NCBI GenBank assembly: GCA_036172245.1
Contig: JAYWIR010000030.1
Location: 310,001 to 374,000 of the forward strand
Direction: 5' to 3'
Source: Raillietiella orientalis
Taxonomy: Eukaryota
Length of the DNA stretch: 64,000 nucleotides
Shown here: in pieces, positions 35,961 to 47,929 of the stretch
Layout of the letters: every line of letters begins with the position of its first letter
Numbering within the stretch: position 1 is the stretch's first letter
Program-made: the position numbers and the translations under genes
Notes under the pieces: generated by a model
The model's input: the letters and a program-made list of their open reading frames with translations, nothing else
What the model was told of the DNA's origin: nothing
Databases searched by the model: none

Positions 35961-38187
35961 CTGTACTCTGCTGCTCCTGCTATTTGCCTTCGCGTTTCCC
36001 GCGGTCCAAGGCTTGCCTCCGTTGCTGCTAGCAGTTGCTGCAGTTCGAGAGGAGGACGAGAAAATATCAAACAAAAATCAGACCTGGACTTGAACACTGC
36101 GTCCTCGGCATGCCGTGAGCACCCCATTTGAGTGTGACGCAGGATCGAGAACGCATGCACGAAACAGAAAACCAAACGCACCCCACCCGTCGCACCATTC
36201 GTCTTCACCAGCCAGTAACCAAAGTGCGGTGAAGCTATCGAAGGAAGAGTTCCTTCTTCATTGCCCCTCCCCCTTCCTGCATGGAAAGAGGTGCGCGTAA
36301 GGAGGCTGTCGGACTGGAAATGCAGAAAACCACGCCAAATTCCGGTAGAACCTTGCCCAACCACGCCCGGAGGTTTTCTCCGAACCTGCGGCGCTGATCT
36401 CACTTGCGGTGTCTTTTGCGTCGCAGCTCTTTAACGAGGTTCCAGCGAGGCACGCCCTCCTGCTGCTGAGGCGTTCGTCGAACGACTTTTTGTTCGCCAG
36501 GTTTTCCCGCTACTTGAGGGCATTCCCGATCGCGTCCGACCGGGAGCACCCGCAGTGTGCTGGCCATTCCTCTTCACATCTGCGACAACCCACCGACAAT
36601 CCTGTTCTTTCCTTCACCTTCGTGCGATGCTCGTCGAGCCATCGGAGACGAAACCCCAAGAGGCATAGCCGCCGCGGTCGTGTCGACCAGAACGAATCGT
36701 ATGGACAAGTTTCCGGCTCTTCGTCTCCGTCGCAGAAGCTGGCGAACTCGTGCTCCAGCATCCACAACGCGCCTCTGTTTCGCGGCGGTGCCACTACGAG
36801 GGCGAGAAACCCATGAACCTCAGTCTCCGTTGCCGTTGGGTCACTCGCCTTGAGCGAAAGAAGCGCAAGCGAGAATTGCGATGCCTCGATCACGAAATAC
36901 ATATTCGACAAAGCGGCGAAAAAACGATAACCTCGAGAGGCGCCTCAGATCGCGCGGGGGGGGGGAGAAAAACCCGTGGAGATGCGAAGAGGACAGGTCG
37001 GCGGTTCGGCTTGGTTTCAGCACTGTATGATGAGTTTTCACCTGCCCCGTAGCGCACAGGTGATCCCCACCCCACCCTCTAAGTCACCGGATCGTTTCTC
37101 GTCCTCCAAAGCAGAGGCAGAACACGCGCGCAGCTGCAGGGCGAGAATTTTTGAAAAATGTCTTCCTTCTGCGTTCTGAGGGAGTGGTAGGAGAGAGGGA
37201 ATGCACTCCAGGAACCAAGTGCTCAAATCTTGAGCTGAAGATGTGGCTGAATTGGCAGAAATGCCGAAGAACACGTTTGTGCAAGCGCAGTGGCTGATTG
37301 GGCAGCAAAGCTGCTGCCAAGGGTAGGTGGAAAAAAACACCCAAAAAGGCACATCCCCGGAAGCTGTTCTCTTTTACTTTTGGTGGTTCTTGGTAACTCG
37401 GAGGAAAGAAAGCAAACGGGAAAGAGAAAGCGGCATCGAAAGGGAGTTGTGAGGTCACGTTTGCCATAGTCGGATGACCGCGGGCGACGCGACAACATCC
37501 AATCGCTATTTCTCCCCCCTCCCCTCCACATGATCTCTCTAAGAAGATTGTCGCTTGTTGAAGACAAAAGACAAGATCACGTGTCTTTGTCCCTGATTCC
37601 TGTCTCGTCTGGTTCCGTCGCTTTCTGCAGCATCCTCTTTCAGCGCAACTCGCGATGCTGCCGATGAGGTGCCGGAGTATCCACTCTGGGGCGCTTCCAG
37701 GCTTTCTGGAAACCTTTCCCCTTTCTCCTTATTCTATACGATGCTGATGAAAAGCGAGAGATCGGCGTCTCCGGAGAATGATCTCGCGGCCTTCCTACCT
37801 TGGGACGATGTTCCTTGCGTGCGGTCCACAAACCTGTCCGTCGTTCGAATGGCTGACGTTCCTTCTAGTGCTCCCGATGTCTGCATGAGGTGGTCTGGAG
37901 GAATAAGGCGGCCCGCAGCAGAGTGCGCTCGTGGTTTCTTTAGAGTCACAGCTCTTTTAGGAGCTTCTAGTGAGGCAAGCCCTCCTGCCGCCGAGGCGTC
38001 CCTCGGAGAACTTCTTGGTCCAACGGACGATGGAAGCCAGAAGCGTCCATCATCAGAAACGCTTTTGCCCCCGGAAAGCAGCTGGAGCTCCAAAGAGGAA
38101 AGAACTTGGCATGCCTCGGCAAGGAAAAGCTTTCCCCTGCGGACGACTGAGTTCACAGACGTCCTTGCGCGCTTTCTGGAGGAAGAT

Positions 38188-38295
38188 GTGGGAGAAGGAG
38201 AAGAGTGGGAGAAGTGAGAGAAGAGGGAGAAGGAAGTGGGAGAAGGAGAAGAGTGGGAGAAGTGAGAGAAGAGGGAGAAGGAAGTGGGAGAAGGA
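38188..38295 (+). repeat. 48-bp purine-rich tandem repeat, 2.25 copies
   Basis: GTGGGAGAAGGAGAAGAGTGGGAGAAGTGAGAGAAGAGGGAGAAGGAA at 38188 and 38236, plus a partial copy at 38284. Confidence 0.95.
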
Positions 38296-39721
38296 ATGCT
38301 TTCCCGATAGTGACTCGGAAAACAATGCATCTGCTGCTTCCTCAAGCTTGGGACACGGAGTGACGCAAATTCGACCCCAATCCACTAAACGCATCTGCCT
38401 CGGGATAGCCGGGATGACGCTCCCGCACTCGGAGCTACAATGGGAAGGGAAATGCAGAAAGCGTGCCGACAGGAAAATCGATCAGCCTCACCTCCCTTTC
38501 CGCGCAGCCATGCTATCCTGGAAGCGGGATACCAACCGACCCGTGGTCGGAATGGATCGTCGCAATGAGTGGTGGCTTAGGCAGGAGCGCTGTCGTGAGA
38601 GAAAGAGGGTCGTTTCTCCTGCGGCCTCAAGGTTCTTGCCTCTGGGAAGCTGCCGCGAGTCAGCTTGTGGTACCCTCTGCCCTAAAACCAACAGGGATCA
38701 AGAGAAAAGTTTGTTAGCAGAGGTTGAGGCGGAAAGAAAGAAACCGTGGTGGGGAACCTCAGTGAACTCCCTTTCGACCGTTCAGTTGGTGAGGGACCGC
38801 TTGAGCTTACGTGGCCGATCTGCGGAAGAGAGTCTGCGCTCTCGGAAGACGAGGCTTCCATGTTTGTTTCTTGCCTCCATCCGCTTCTGGAGACATGGAG
38901 GGCCAGAGAACGCGCGTGGAAGGGTCAAAAATAAACTGTACAGTCTGGGATCGCGTCGAAACAAGGGATCCTTGGCTCCCCCTTCCTCCCGCCGTCTCCT
39001 TCTTCGGTGTCTGCACACGGCGCCGAATCGGCCTCCGTCTCCCTCTGGGAACGTGGGAAGGAACGGGAGTGGCTTTCCCACAGGAGAGGAGGAGTATTTA
39101 GGAGTGCTTTTCCCGTGTAGACTGAGGAGGTGCTCCCGTGAGGAGAGAAGAGCGCGCGCTGAGAGGGGGACCTGGAGGAGGAGGGATGCGGAAGAAAGCG
39201 CTCTGCTCTTCGTACCTCTCCCGTCTTGCGGATCACCTGAGGTTCCTTCTGGGAGAAGGAGCGAGAAGGGAGAGCAAGCGGAATATTGCTCCTCCTTGCC
39301 TCTCCTTCTTTCTCTTCAAGTGCGCAGCTTTGAGGGTACGTCGTTCCGGAGGCGTGTGTCAAGTGCGCGCATCCTGATCCTTCTAGCGACAGGCTCTCGG
39401 GTGTGACAGAGCACGCGCAACGGTTCCAGCAGGAAGCGATATAAGAGGCCCCGCAACCATCGCCCCCGCGACAACCCTGAGCTTGGGAAGCATCTCCACA
39501 GCCGCCTCCAGGAGCTTCCGACTGACCTCCCCTGCCCGATCACCACCGAGAGAAAAAACAAAACAAAAAACAGCCAGTGGGGAAAGACGATGACCAGCTT
39601 TGCGAAGGTCTTTGTACTTCTGCAGGTGAGATGGTCGAGGAGAGGCTCCTCCGTTGGGACGGACTTGGGGAGTAGGGAGTAGGGAGTGCGGCTCACACCC
39701 TGGATTCGTTTCCCCCTTTAG

Positions 39722-40976
39722 ATCCTGATGCGCCTCTCTGTGGGTGTCTCAAGCGCCTTTGATCCTCCTGAAATTTGCGGTAACACGGATTTCTGTCGAC
39801 TCACCTGGAAAAGGGATTATTACGAAGTGTGGAAGGATGACAGCAAGGAAGTCTGCTGCTTTCCCGTAAAGTTCCCTGCACCTCGCGCCAGCTCGCCGTG
39901 TGGCCTGGACCCCAAAGGCACGGCGGTCTCCCTGTTCGAGTTCCCAGGGAGCCGAATACAGAATCTCGAAGATCACATAGAGCTGAACGACACGCTCGGG
40001 TACTATAGGTAGGTGCCCTTTCCCCCCTATCATCCCTCGGAAAGATGCATCGACCCGGATGACGGATAACCTGGAGAAGTGTGTGAGTGCGATGGATAAC
40101 GCTTCGCCGTTCCCCTCGCGGGGAAAAACCAGGACGGGACGCAGCTCGTCCTCCGGGTATGGAAGGAAGGTGATAGAAAACATGAGGAAAGGGAAGAGAA
40201 GGAGGAAGACGTCGATATGTCTTCTTTTTCCCTGCTTTCCTCGCGGGATCCAGAGAGCTTCCCTGGAAAGATCCGGGAGAACGCAACGTCCCCGAGACGT
40301 AAATGCCACTTCACCGGTCTGTCTCTTTAGGTCGCTGTCCCAAACTGGAGGCAGACGTCAACACGAGTCCTCCTACATGCTCTTCCCGCTGCCTTATGGC
40401 TCATTCGTCTGGAAGAGTTCGATCAGCAACGTGTACACCAAGTACACGCCCACGTGTTTGACCTCACAGAAGTACAACACCGACCTGCATACGAAAGAGC
40501 AACCCCTACCAATGCACGCTGCCTTGGAGCAGAAGAGTACGCGAATCTTCTTCGTCCGAGTCCAGGTGAGAGGGAGCGCGACTTTCTTCCCATACAGAAA
40601 TGACCTGGGACGACGATCCTTCCGGAAGAACCTCGAGGCTGTGTGTCCGAAGCGTAGAGGGGGAGAGTTATGAGCCTCATAGCTGACGGTCCTAACCGTA
40701 ACCACAACTGCAGTCTTATTTCAGCCCCAGAAAAACGAAGTTCCTGTGGTGAAATTCAGGAAACCGGAAGGGACAGGAAAATACGACCTCTACGCCGTCA
40801 CGGCCCTGGACAACAAGCCCGAATCCGTGAAGCACTACAACCAGTCTGGGATGCAGGCGCGCACGGAAGTGAGGGGGAAAATCGCCGGCAAAGCCATGTT
40901 CATCATTCTCTTCGCCCAAGACACAATCGACCCGAAGAACTTCGATTTCTCGGGAAACAGCGAGAGTCGGGACTAG
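39722..40976 (+). CDS. Spliced gene or pseudogene (3' exons), divergent PEBP/RKIP-like, possibly two domains
   Basis: In-frame splice across intron 40009-40330 (GTAGGT..TTTAG) gives FEFPGSRIQN..LGYYRSLSQTGGRRQHESSYMLF. The last exon, from a TTTCAG acceptor (40725), reads KNEVPVVKF..YDLYAVTALD..MFIILFAQ. Motif order echoes PEBP, but the DPDAP and GxHRY motifs are absent. Confidence 0.4.
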
Positions 40977-42979
40977 TTTCCGCTGAGGTACGGGCGCGCA
41001 CAGCATCCACGATCCGGAGCGATCCTCGCGCAGCGCCGATACGCTGAAAAAAGTACTGCCTGCCCTCGTAGCCGGGGAGCGAGGGGTATAAGTGGGGTAT
41101 TCGAACTTCCAGGCCCAAGAAGATGCCGCATCCTTTGCGCTTGTCATTCCTCTCCCACTGCCGTCGCGGCGAAGCTGCGCGTGCGGTAACCCGCAAGCAA
41201 GGCAGCAGCCTCTGTAATGCCAGAGGCTCTGCGATAATGGGTGGGGGGTTTGCATGAAGCGCCCTTGGGGTCTCGTTTGATCACTTTCCCTTCGAACGCG
41301 GAGACGACACTACTGCTCTCGCTATCACCCTCGTCGGGACTCGCCGCCCAGTCACGGCGCGTTCCGTTCGAGAAGTTTCGCAGTCCCCGGCGTCCTCCTC
41401 CCCCCCTCCCTCCAGCCGGGACTGTCCCGTAGTCTGCCCATCTCTGGGAAAAAAACGCGAATGGTACGCGCGAGAAAGTCAAGGGAAAAGTGGACCCAGG
41501 CGCGTTGCCCGACTCCCGGAAGACCCGCGTGAGGTGTTCCTCCTGCAGCAACGAGAAGCACGCAGACAGGCAAAATCCCTGACGGCGTCCTTTGCAGTGC
41601 CAACCGCATACGTGGTCGTCCATCTTAATGATGGACCCGTTGCCCCTTGTGGCTCCCAGCTAGCCAAAGACTCCCGCGTGGACGCTGCGATTCGACCTAC
41701 AAGACGTCAATAAATGTGCAGGAAATAAAGACATGATGATGTGATACTCGAGAGGGAGTGCATGAAGGGAGGATCCCGGGTCGCTAGCCGGAGGGAACCG
41801 CGCGCTTTCAAAAAGCGCGTACTTCTCCGCGCATGACGTTCAGGCGGAAAAGGAGAGGAGGAAGGTCCTTGGAGGACTACCCTTTACCGATGAAGATGGA
41901 GCCTCCGGCGACTCTGGGGTCTTTCTCACTTCTCCTTCCGACCTTCCCCGTTGACTCTGTCGCGGTCCTCGAACCGCCTCTGCTCTGGAAGGCTGCGTCT
42001 CTGTCCGGTGACCTCTCGCAGTTCCGTGTGGGCGACGATGCCAGTTCCAGCGGTCGAACTGGAATAAGGGAACAATGAGGGATAGGTGCGGTAGTAGTGG
42101 TTTCCAGGACGACATGGGCATCCAGTCAAAGGCGAGGTCGCTCCAAACATGGACGCAATCTGACAGGCGAGGCATGCTGCGCCACAGTGGAGGATGAGAA
42201 GGCGATGAAGTTGGTCCCCTGACTGTCTGCTGCCAGTCTTTGAGCCGTTTTCGAGGATCGGGAAAGCTAAGGATAGCCTCCTCCTTCTCTTCCCCTCCCC
42301 TCCTCCCTCCGCAGCCCGATCCTCGTTTCTCTGTGAGCGATTGAGGTGGCATCAGTTGTCACTAAGCTTTCCGCTTCACCGCTTCCTTACTTTGGCGTGG
42401 GCGATGGTGGTCCCGGAGGAACTCGCGGTTGCAGTGGCTCAGTCAGCACCATCGTCCTCCTTGCATGCCTGCAAGCGGCCGTGCAGCGGCGCGAGGAAGG
42501 GGGCAGGCAGGGAGACGCGCGTGGAGGAGACTGCTCTCAGCCACCTCGTAGGTAGGCGCCGTGATTCACTGGGAGCACTTTGGCTATGAAACTCGTGTTG
42601 GAGTTTCAGAGGAGGTCGTCCCTTAGACAGTCCCTCGCAACTCTCCCGCTTGCAGGGCGTTCACGTGACAGCGAGACTGTGGATGCAGAATGCACCATGA
42701 CCTTGGTGCCACTCGAAACTTCGCCTGCCTCTTGATCCTGCGGCCCCCCTTCCTGCAGGTCCTCCAGCCGGCAGAACCTGTGATATCAGGTTTTCCGTGG
42801 CATCAGCGAATCTGGGAATCAACTGGAGGCAGTCAGGAACGCGCACCGCATGAACTGCGTAGACGTGCGTGTCTTTGTATTCGCTTTTCATTTCAGCCTT
42901 CGATTTCCAGGAACCGGAACACCACGATGCCGTGCGTCCTCGCTCCTATGGCAGCACTTGCGAGGATATCTGGCACGTT

Positions 42980-43490
42980 ATCAGACTGCAGCCGTGTCTC
43001 CTCTGTTGCCTATGTGAAGCCGTCGAGAATTTCCGTGGTGGGGAAGGAGGAAGAGATGTTGTGGATCGGAGAGAGAGCATGCTCTATCCCCTCCCTCTCC
43101 CGCATCGGAGGCAAAAGAAGGCTTCTGCCACTCACAGCGGACCAGTCGACCGTGGTCCACCTAACACCAATTACGCTGTGGATGGAACGAGAAATCTTTC
43201 CTCCGTCAGTTGTCCGAGTGCGCGACGGTACACGCGTCATGGTCACATCTACACTCACCACAGCAGTTTGAGGTACTCCTCAGCGACTCGTCTTCAGAGC
43301 GTGTAGCTTTGAACGACGAGTAGCAGCTTCCCTATAGACTGCAAGAGGACGCACGCTGTCAGAGTGCAAGCGTGTCTCTGCGGCCTCTGCGACGCTGCCG
43401 GGAATTTCCGCTTTGGGGAAAAAGGAAGAAACGTTCTGAATCGGCGAGCAAACATCCGCTATCTCCTCCTTCTCCCACTTCGGGAAGGAT
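42980..43490 (-). repeat. Diverged ~130-bp coding-like duplication
   Basis: EKEEIADVCSPIQNVSSFFPKAEI..AAETRLHSD (43360-43490) versus EREGIEHALSPIHNISSSFPTTEI..TEETRLQSD (42980-43110). Confidence 0.7.
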
Positions 43491-44779
43491 TGGAGCTAAA
43501 AACGGAGCCAACGTTTCCGCAACCGCAGTTACCAAGCTCCTACGCGTATCTACTGCCTACCTACTGCCTTCGGAAACAGAGATTCGCGCTGCTCCTGACT
43601 GACTGCCTCCTAGCCTCCTGCGGCTAGAAGTACGGTCTTCGTATGGGAGCGACCCGGGGTCTGCGTTCGCATCGGAGCACTCATGCGGACGTAGCGTTAG
43701 TTACCAGCTCCCTGATCAAATCCGACGCCCGAGTGGCCGACTTCCAGTCCCCATCCGTTCACGAAACTTCTTCCTAAGGGCAAAGGTCCTAGAGTCGACA
43801 CTCTGCACTCTATGGTTGAAAAAGAAAAGGAAACTGAGGACGAAGACAGAGCGCTTCTGTCCCTGTGATCTCAACGCGAGTCGCTCCCAGAGGAGCTCTG
43901 AGGAACCGTGAGGTCAGCTGAGGTCTCATACATCGTCAAAAAGGTGGAAACTTGAACCAGTCTTCGCCATTCTCGAATGCACTCAGCATCTCGTTCAGAA
44001 AGCGGATGGATGTTGCGGAAGGTGATTCGATTCTTCTCCCCACAGGGTCGTCTCTCCTCTCTGTGGATCCTCTGGTTTCTTTGGAAACCTGCTTCTGACC
44101 AAGTGTGAAACTCCGAGGTCTCACCATCTCACAACGAGGACTCTGACTATTGCAGAAGGTCGCAACTGCTTACGGCTCTGTCTTCGCGGCGTACCCATGT
44201 GTACCCAGTACTCCGTCCTCCATGGGAAGTAGGAAGCATCAGAGTCCAGAATTGCCACTTGAAAGCGCTTCCAGAGGATCTTCTTATCCTGCAAACTCCC
44301 CTCAGATTAACCAACAGATAGGAGAAGTCCTGTAGGGATGAACGCAGTGGACTCAGATTACCGCACACCCCTTGTTACAGTGTTGTGTCTGCCCTAAGAA
44401 TAAACAAGGACAGTTGCCGACCAACATGATAGAGTCCTGTACCACTGGAGGAGTCACTACACTTCTGGACAGCTGGAACGCGCGAGCGGGTGGATGCCAC
44501 CACTCCTGGTGAAGGGAAGACGACGGTGGGGCCAACTGCTCGGTGTACCTCTTTTGAAGAACTAGTAGTCTCTTCTTCAGTGTACAAACATTTCGGTGTC
44601 TTCATTATGTTGGAAACAATATTTTTTGCTGTTTCTGCACTGGATCTCCCAGTGAAACCAGTGCAGGCACCTGGTTTGGGAAGGCGTTGTATCCCCAAAA
44701 CGGTTAAAGTGCGGGGCAACTCAGTTGCTAGACTGCAGTGCCCTCCAGATACTGTGGAGGAGGCTCTCTTCAGCACTCT

Positions 44780-45060
44780 TGCACTCTTAATGACAGCGCC
44801 ATGAACTATCTGAAAATATTTTTCACCGTTCATGCATATTATTAGCAGCAGGATGTGGACGGTTTCCTGTAAGAACTCCTGGTGTAGCGATTGCTGCTCA
44901 GCCCACTAAGAATCGAATGACGGAAGCTCTCTCTTTTCCGATCATTTTGAATGGGATAGAAGTCCACATTGCAGATCAAGGAATGTCTGAAAGATTTGTC
45001 ACCATCCACGCGCTGTAGAGGGATCCACATTCTGACAAAGGATACGAAAACGCCCGCAGA
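44780..45060 (-). mobile_element. Possible Penelope-like RT remnant
   Basis: FVSFV/ECGSLYS (compare LVSFDVxSLYT), followed by NGEKYFQIVHGAV (compare FNGKYYxQxxGxAMGS). Confidence 0.3.
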
Positions 45061-47880
45061 GGCGCAAGTAACGGTGACGAACCGTAGGGTTCCTCCCCAC
45101 AAAATCCAGGTGGGTGGAGCACTTGCTCGTTCGCCGTAGCCTTTGCGTGTCCGCGGGACTACAGCGAACACGCGTCGGATGCGGCGAAGAGGAGCATCAT
45201 CTCTGGCAGTTTCGTCAACCGACTGCCGCAGATATGTGCGATATGTCTGCCGGCCTCGAAGAGTCCGCCGCTCGCGAAGAATCGCCACAGCACGTCACAG
45301 GAGGTGTTTCCCTGGTAAGAGAGTACTGCAGCCGAACTCCTGTGTTCGTGGAGAGTACCGTAGTTGAAAAGCAGGTGAGAGAACGACACCCATACCGAGC
45401 AGAGTTCGGGAATGCAACTCCCAGAAACGAGGTTTGGACGCGGATTGCACTGGAGCTCCCAGTGCAGAAGCAGCAGCACAGCCTGCCTCCATCTTAAATT
45501 AAACACGGATATGGGATCAAACATAAGAGAGGGATCACGAATTTGTCGCTATTGCAAAGGGCCTGGACAGCTAAGGTAGTGTTCCTGGAGATGGAAAGAA
45601 AAAAAGGCAGACCACCAAGAAGCGGAAGTCGCGTGCTGCAAATAAGCACGCAGCATCTGAGGCTAGGAAGTCTCTCGCGATCTCTCCCGCAGCAACGCAG
45701 CCTTGAACGAACGCGCCCAAGGCCGCGAAAACCCGCGGAACCGCTCCAACAGGTGAACTGTTTTCCTTTTCCCACCTTCGCCACTGCTGCTCGCAAGAGA
45801 CAGAGCAAGGAGGGTATCTGAACACCTGTCATCGGGTGGTGAGGGGGTGTAGCCCTCGATGGGAACCCCTTTCCATGGAGCCCTAGCAACAAAAGGCGGC
45901 AGCGAAGCGAACCACCAGCCCAGAGGTTCGCTGCCGATCATGATCTCCTTCATCAGGATCACACTAAGATGACCGCGTCTCCAACAGCCAAACCAGGAAC
46001 TTGTCTACATCCTGGAAGAGACGATAAGGAAATCTCAGGAGAAACTGCCCCCGCGCTTCCTTTTTATTCAGAAGTTATACATATATTTTGTTAGTTTGGT
46101 TCTGTTTTTATTCTGTCCGTTTACCCTTACTCTTAAAACTCTCCAAAGCAGATCTGTCCTGGTGAGCTGCTGTTGAATGGAAATGTCTCCCCGACTTGCT
46201 TAGACACAGTGAGATTGGAAACAGCTTAAAGGAAAGAAGAATTTTGAATGCTTATTTATTGCAAGTGTTCCGGTAATCCAGTCGAAAACTGCTTCTGCTG
46301 CTGTTGATGTGATTCTTGTGAGTGTAGTCGTGGATTGCGGTGTCTACGTGGCCAAAATGCCAGTAGACACCGCTAGGGTGAACCAGGAAGAATGAACGGC
46401 AGCCTTTCTCACTGGAAAAATGCAGGAGGATCCCACAGAATCGCCTTCACCGACCGGGACTGTGGTGGCGTGGAGCGAAGTCAAGGGAGGAAGAAACGAG
46501 AGGGATGCCATCCAGTTCTTATTTTGCTTTTTGTGGATAGCAGTCAGATGGCCCCACCTGGGCAGTATACGGACGACCTAGCTGGCATCCTGGAAAGGAT
46601 GCAGACTTCTTCCGGTAGTGATCCCTTCCCGGTCCTCCAGAGTGTTCTTATTTATTTTTATTTTTGTTTTTCCCCATCCCCCTCTGCTGTCGGGGTGAGC
46701 CCAGCCGGTCTGCGTACCGATGACCCGGCATGTCGATTACAGAATCGGTTGCGGGGGCTACATGTCCCACCACGAAAGTTGTAGGTTTATTGGTTTTAAT
46801 AAACGTCCCGGAGTGACCGAGTGACAACCTCGACCTAGCGATCAGAAAGCCAGGTGGCTGAGATAGAGGCACGGTCAGCCCAGCCTGAGACCAAAGCCTA
46901 CATGGCCCACGGTTACAAGCCGACCCCTGCACTCTAAGGTTTTTCACTCGATTTTTCCGGGTCATTTATTATTAAATATGATTAAATATGATAAAAATAC
47001 GATAATAGAAAAATACAATCAGGTGATAGAAAATGTCACTGAACACTGTACCATGTGCACTGAACCTGCCAATTCCCTTGCGCAGACCAGCAAGGTCCAC
47101 TTCGAAACAAAAATAAAACAAACAGAAAAAGGAGGGAAAGTGTTCTCGGGAAAGGAAGAGAGGGGTAGGGAAATCAAGAAAGGATCAATGCTCGCTGCGA
47201 GGTGTCCTCTGCATGCTGTCCACGATGCTGACAAGTCCTCTACGTAAGTCGTCCAGGTAATGCCATCTAGTGGGGGTACTAAGAAAAATTCTCGTACAGC
47301 GGGTTGGCGTCCCTTCCATTGCGGCCTCTTCTTCCTTCGTTTCAAGTCGCCACCACCCCGCGACAACAGTAGAGGACTGCAAGAGACGTGGCCGGCGGCA
47401 TTGAGGTACCACGCATGAATAGGCGCCTAAAAATGTCTCTGGGACCGCCTACGGGGACTTCAAGGGTCGTTACTAGGCGATCCCAAAGGACCAAGGGACA
47501 TTCCAGTCTAACAGCAGGTGCGTAAGGGTTTCTCTTTGTCCACTGTCTCACTTAGCGTCCACGCCCCTCGAGTCCAGTGGTTGAGACGCATTTTACGTAG
47601 GATTCCCAAATGAAACACCAGCAACGCCAACTCCTGCCATTGAGGAGGAGGGTGCCACTGTTCCAGCAAGCTGGGACCACCCTCAACTGACTGGACTTTC
47701 CAATTCTAATATCAGGTATTCGTTTGCACACCAATTCAAGAAACTGGACGCAGCCTCAGCTGGCACCTGGGAGCGTGCAAGATTTTCTGTGGGGATCAGG
47801 TCGTGGTGCTGACTTGCACGGAAGCAAGTCTTGCTCCTCGCACGCTGAAATACCGTCTTGCGATAGGGATCTTTTCTCAC
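45060..47880. mobile_element. LINE C-terminal and 3' fragments, including a tail-to-tail pair
   Basis: Minus strand 45060-46010 (LHWELQCN), plus-strand 3' end to about 46825, minus-strand 3' end from about 46940. Confidence 0.85.
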
Positions 47881-47929
47881 CCGGGTGTACCAGGGCGTGC
47901 GATAGGGGATCGTCGCTCCTTCGTAGATA

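Noticed and set aside
38188..38295. CRISPR-like array
   Set aside because: Head-to-tail tandem repeat without spacers, in eukaryotic DNA.
37970..39406. 478-aa ORF as a real protein
   Set aside because: Low-complexity, Arg/Ser-rich translation in GC-rich DNA spanning a tandem repeat, with no recognisable motif or proper start.
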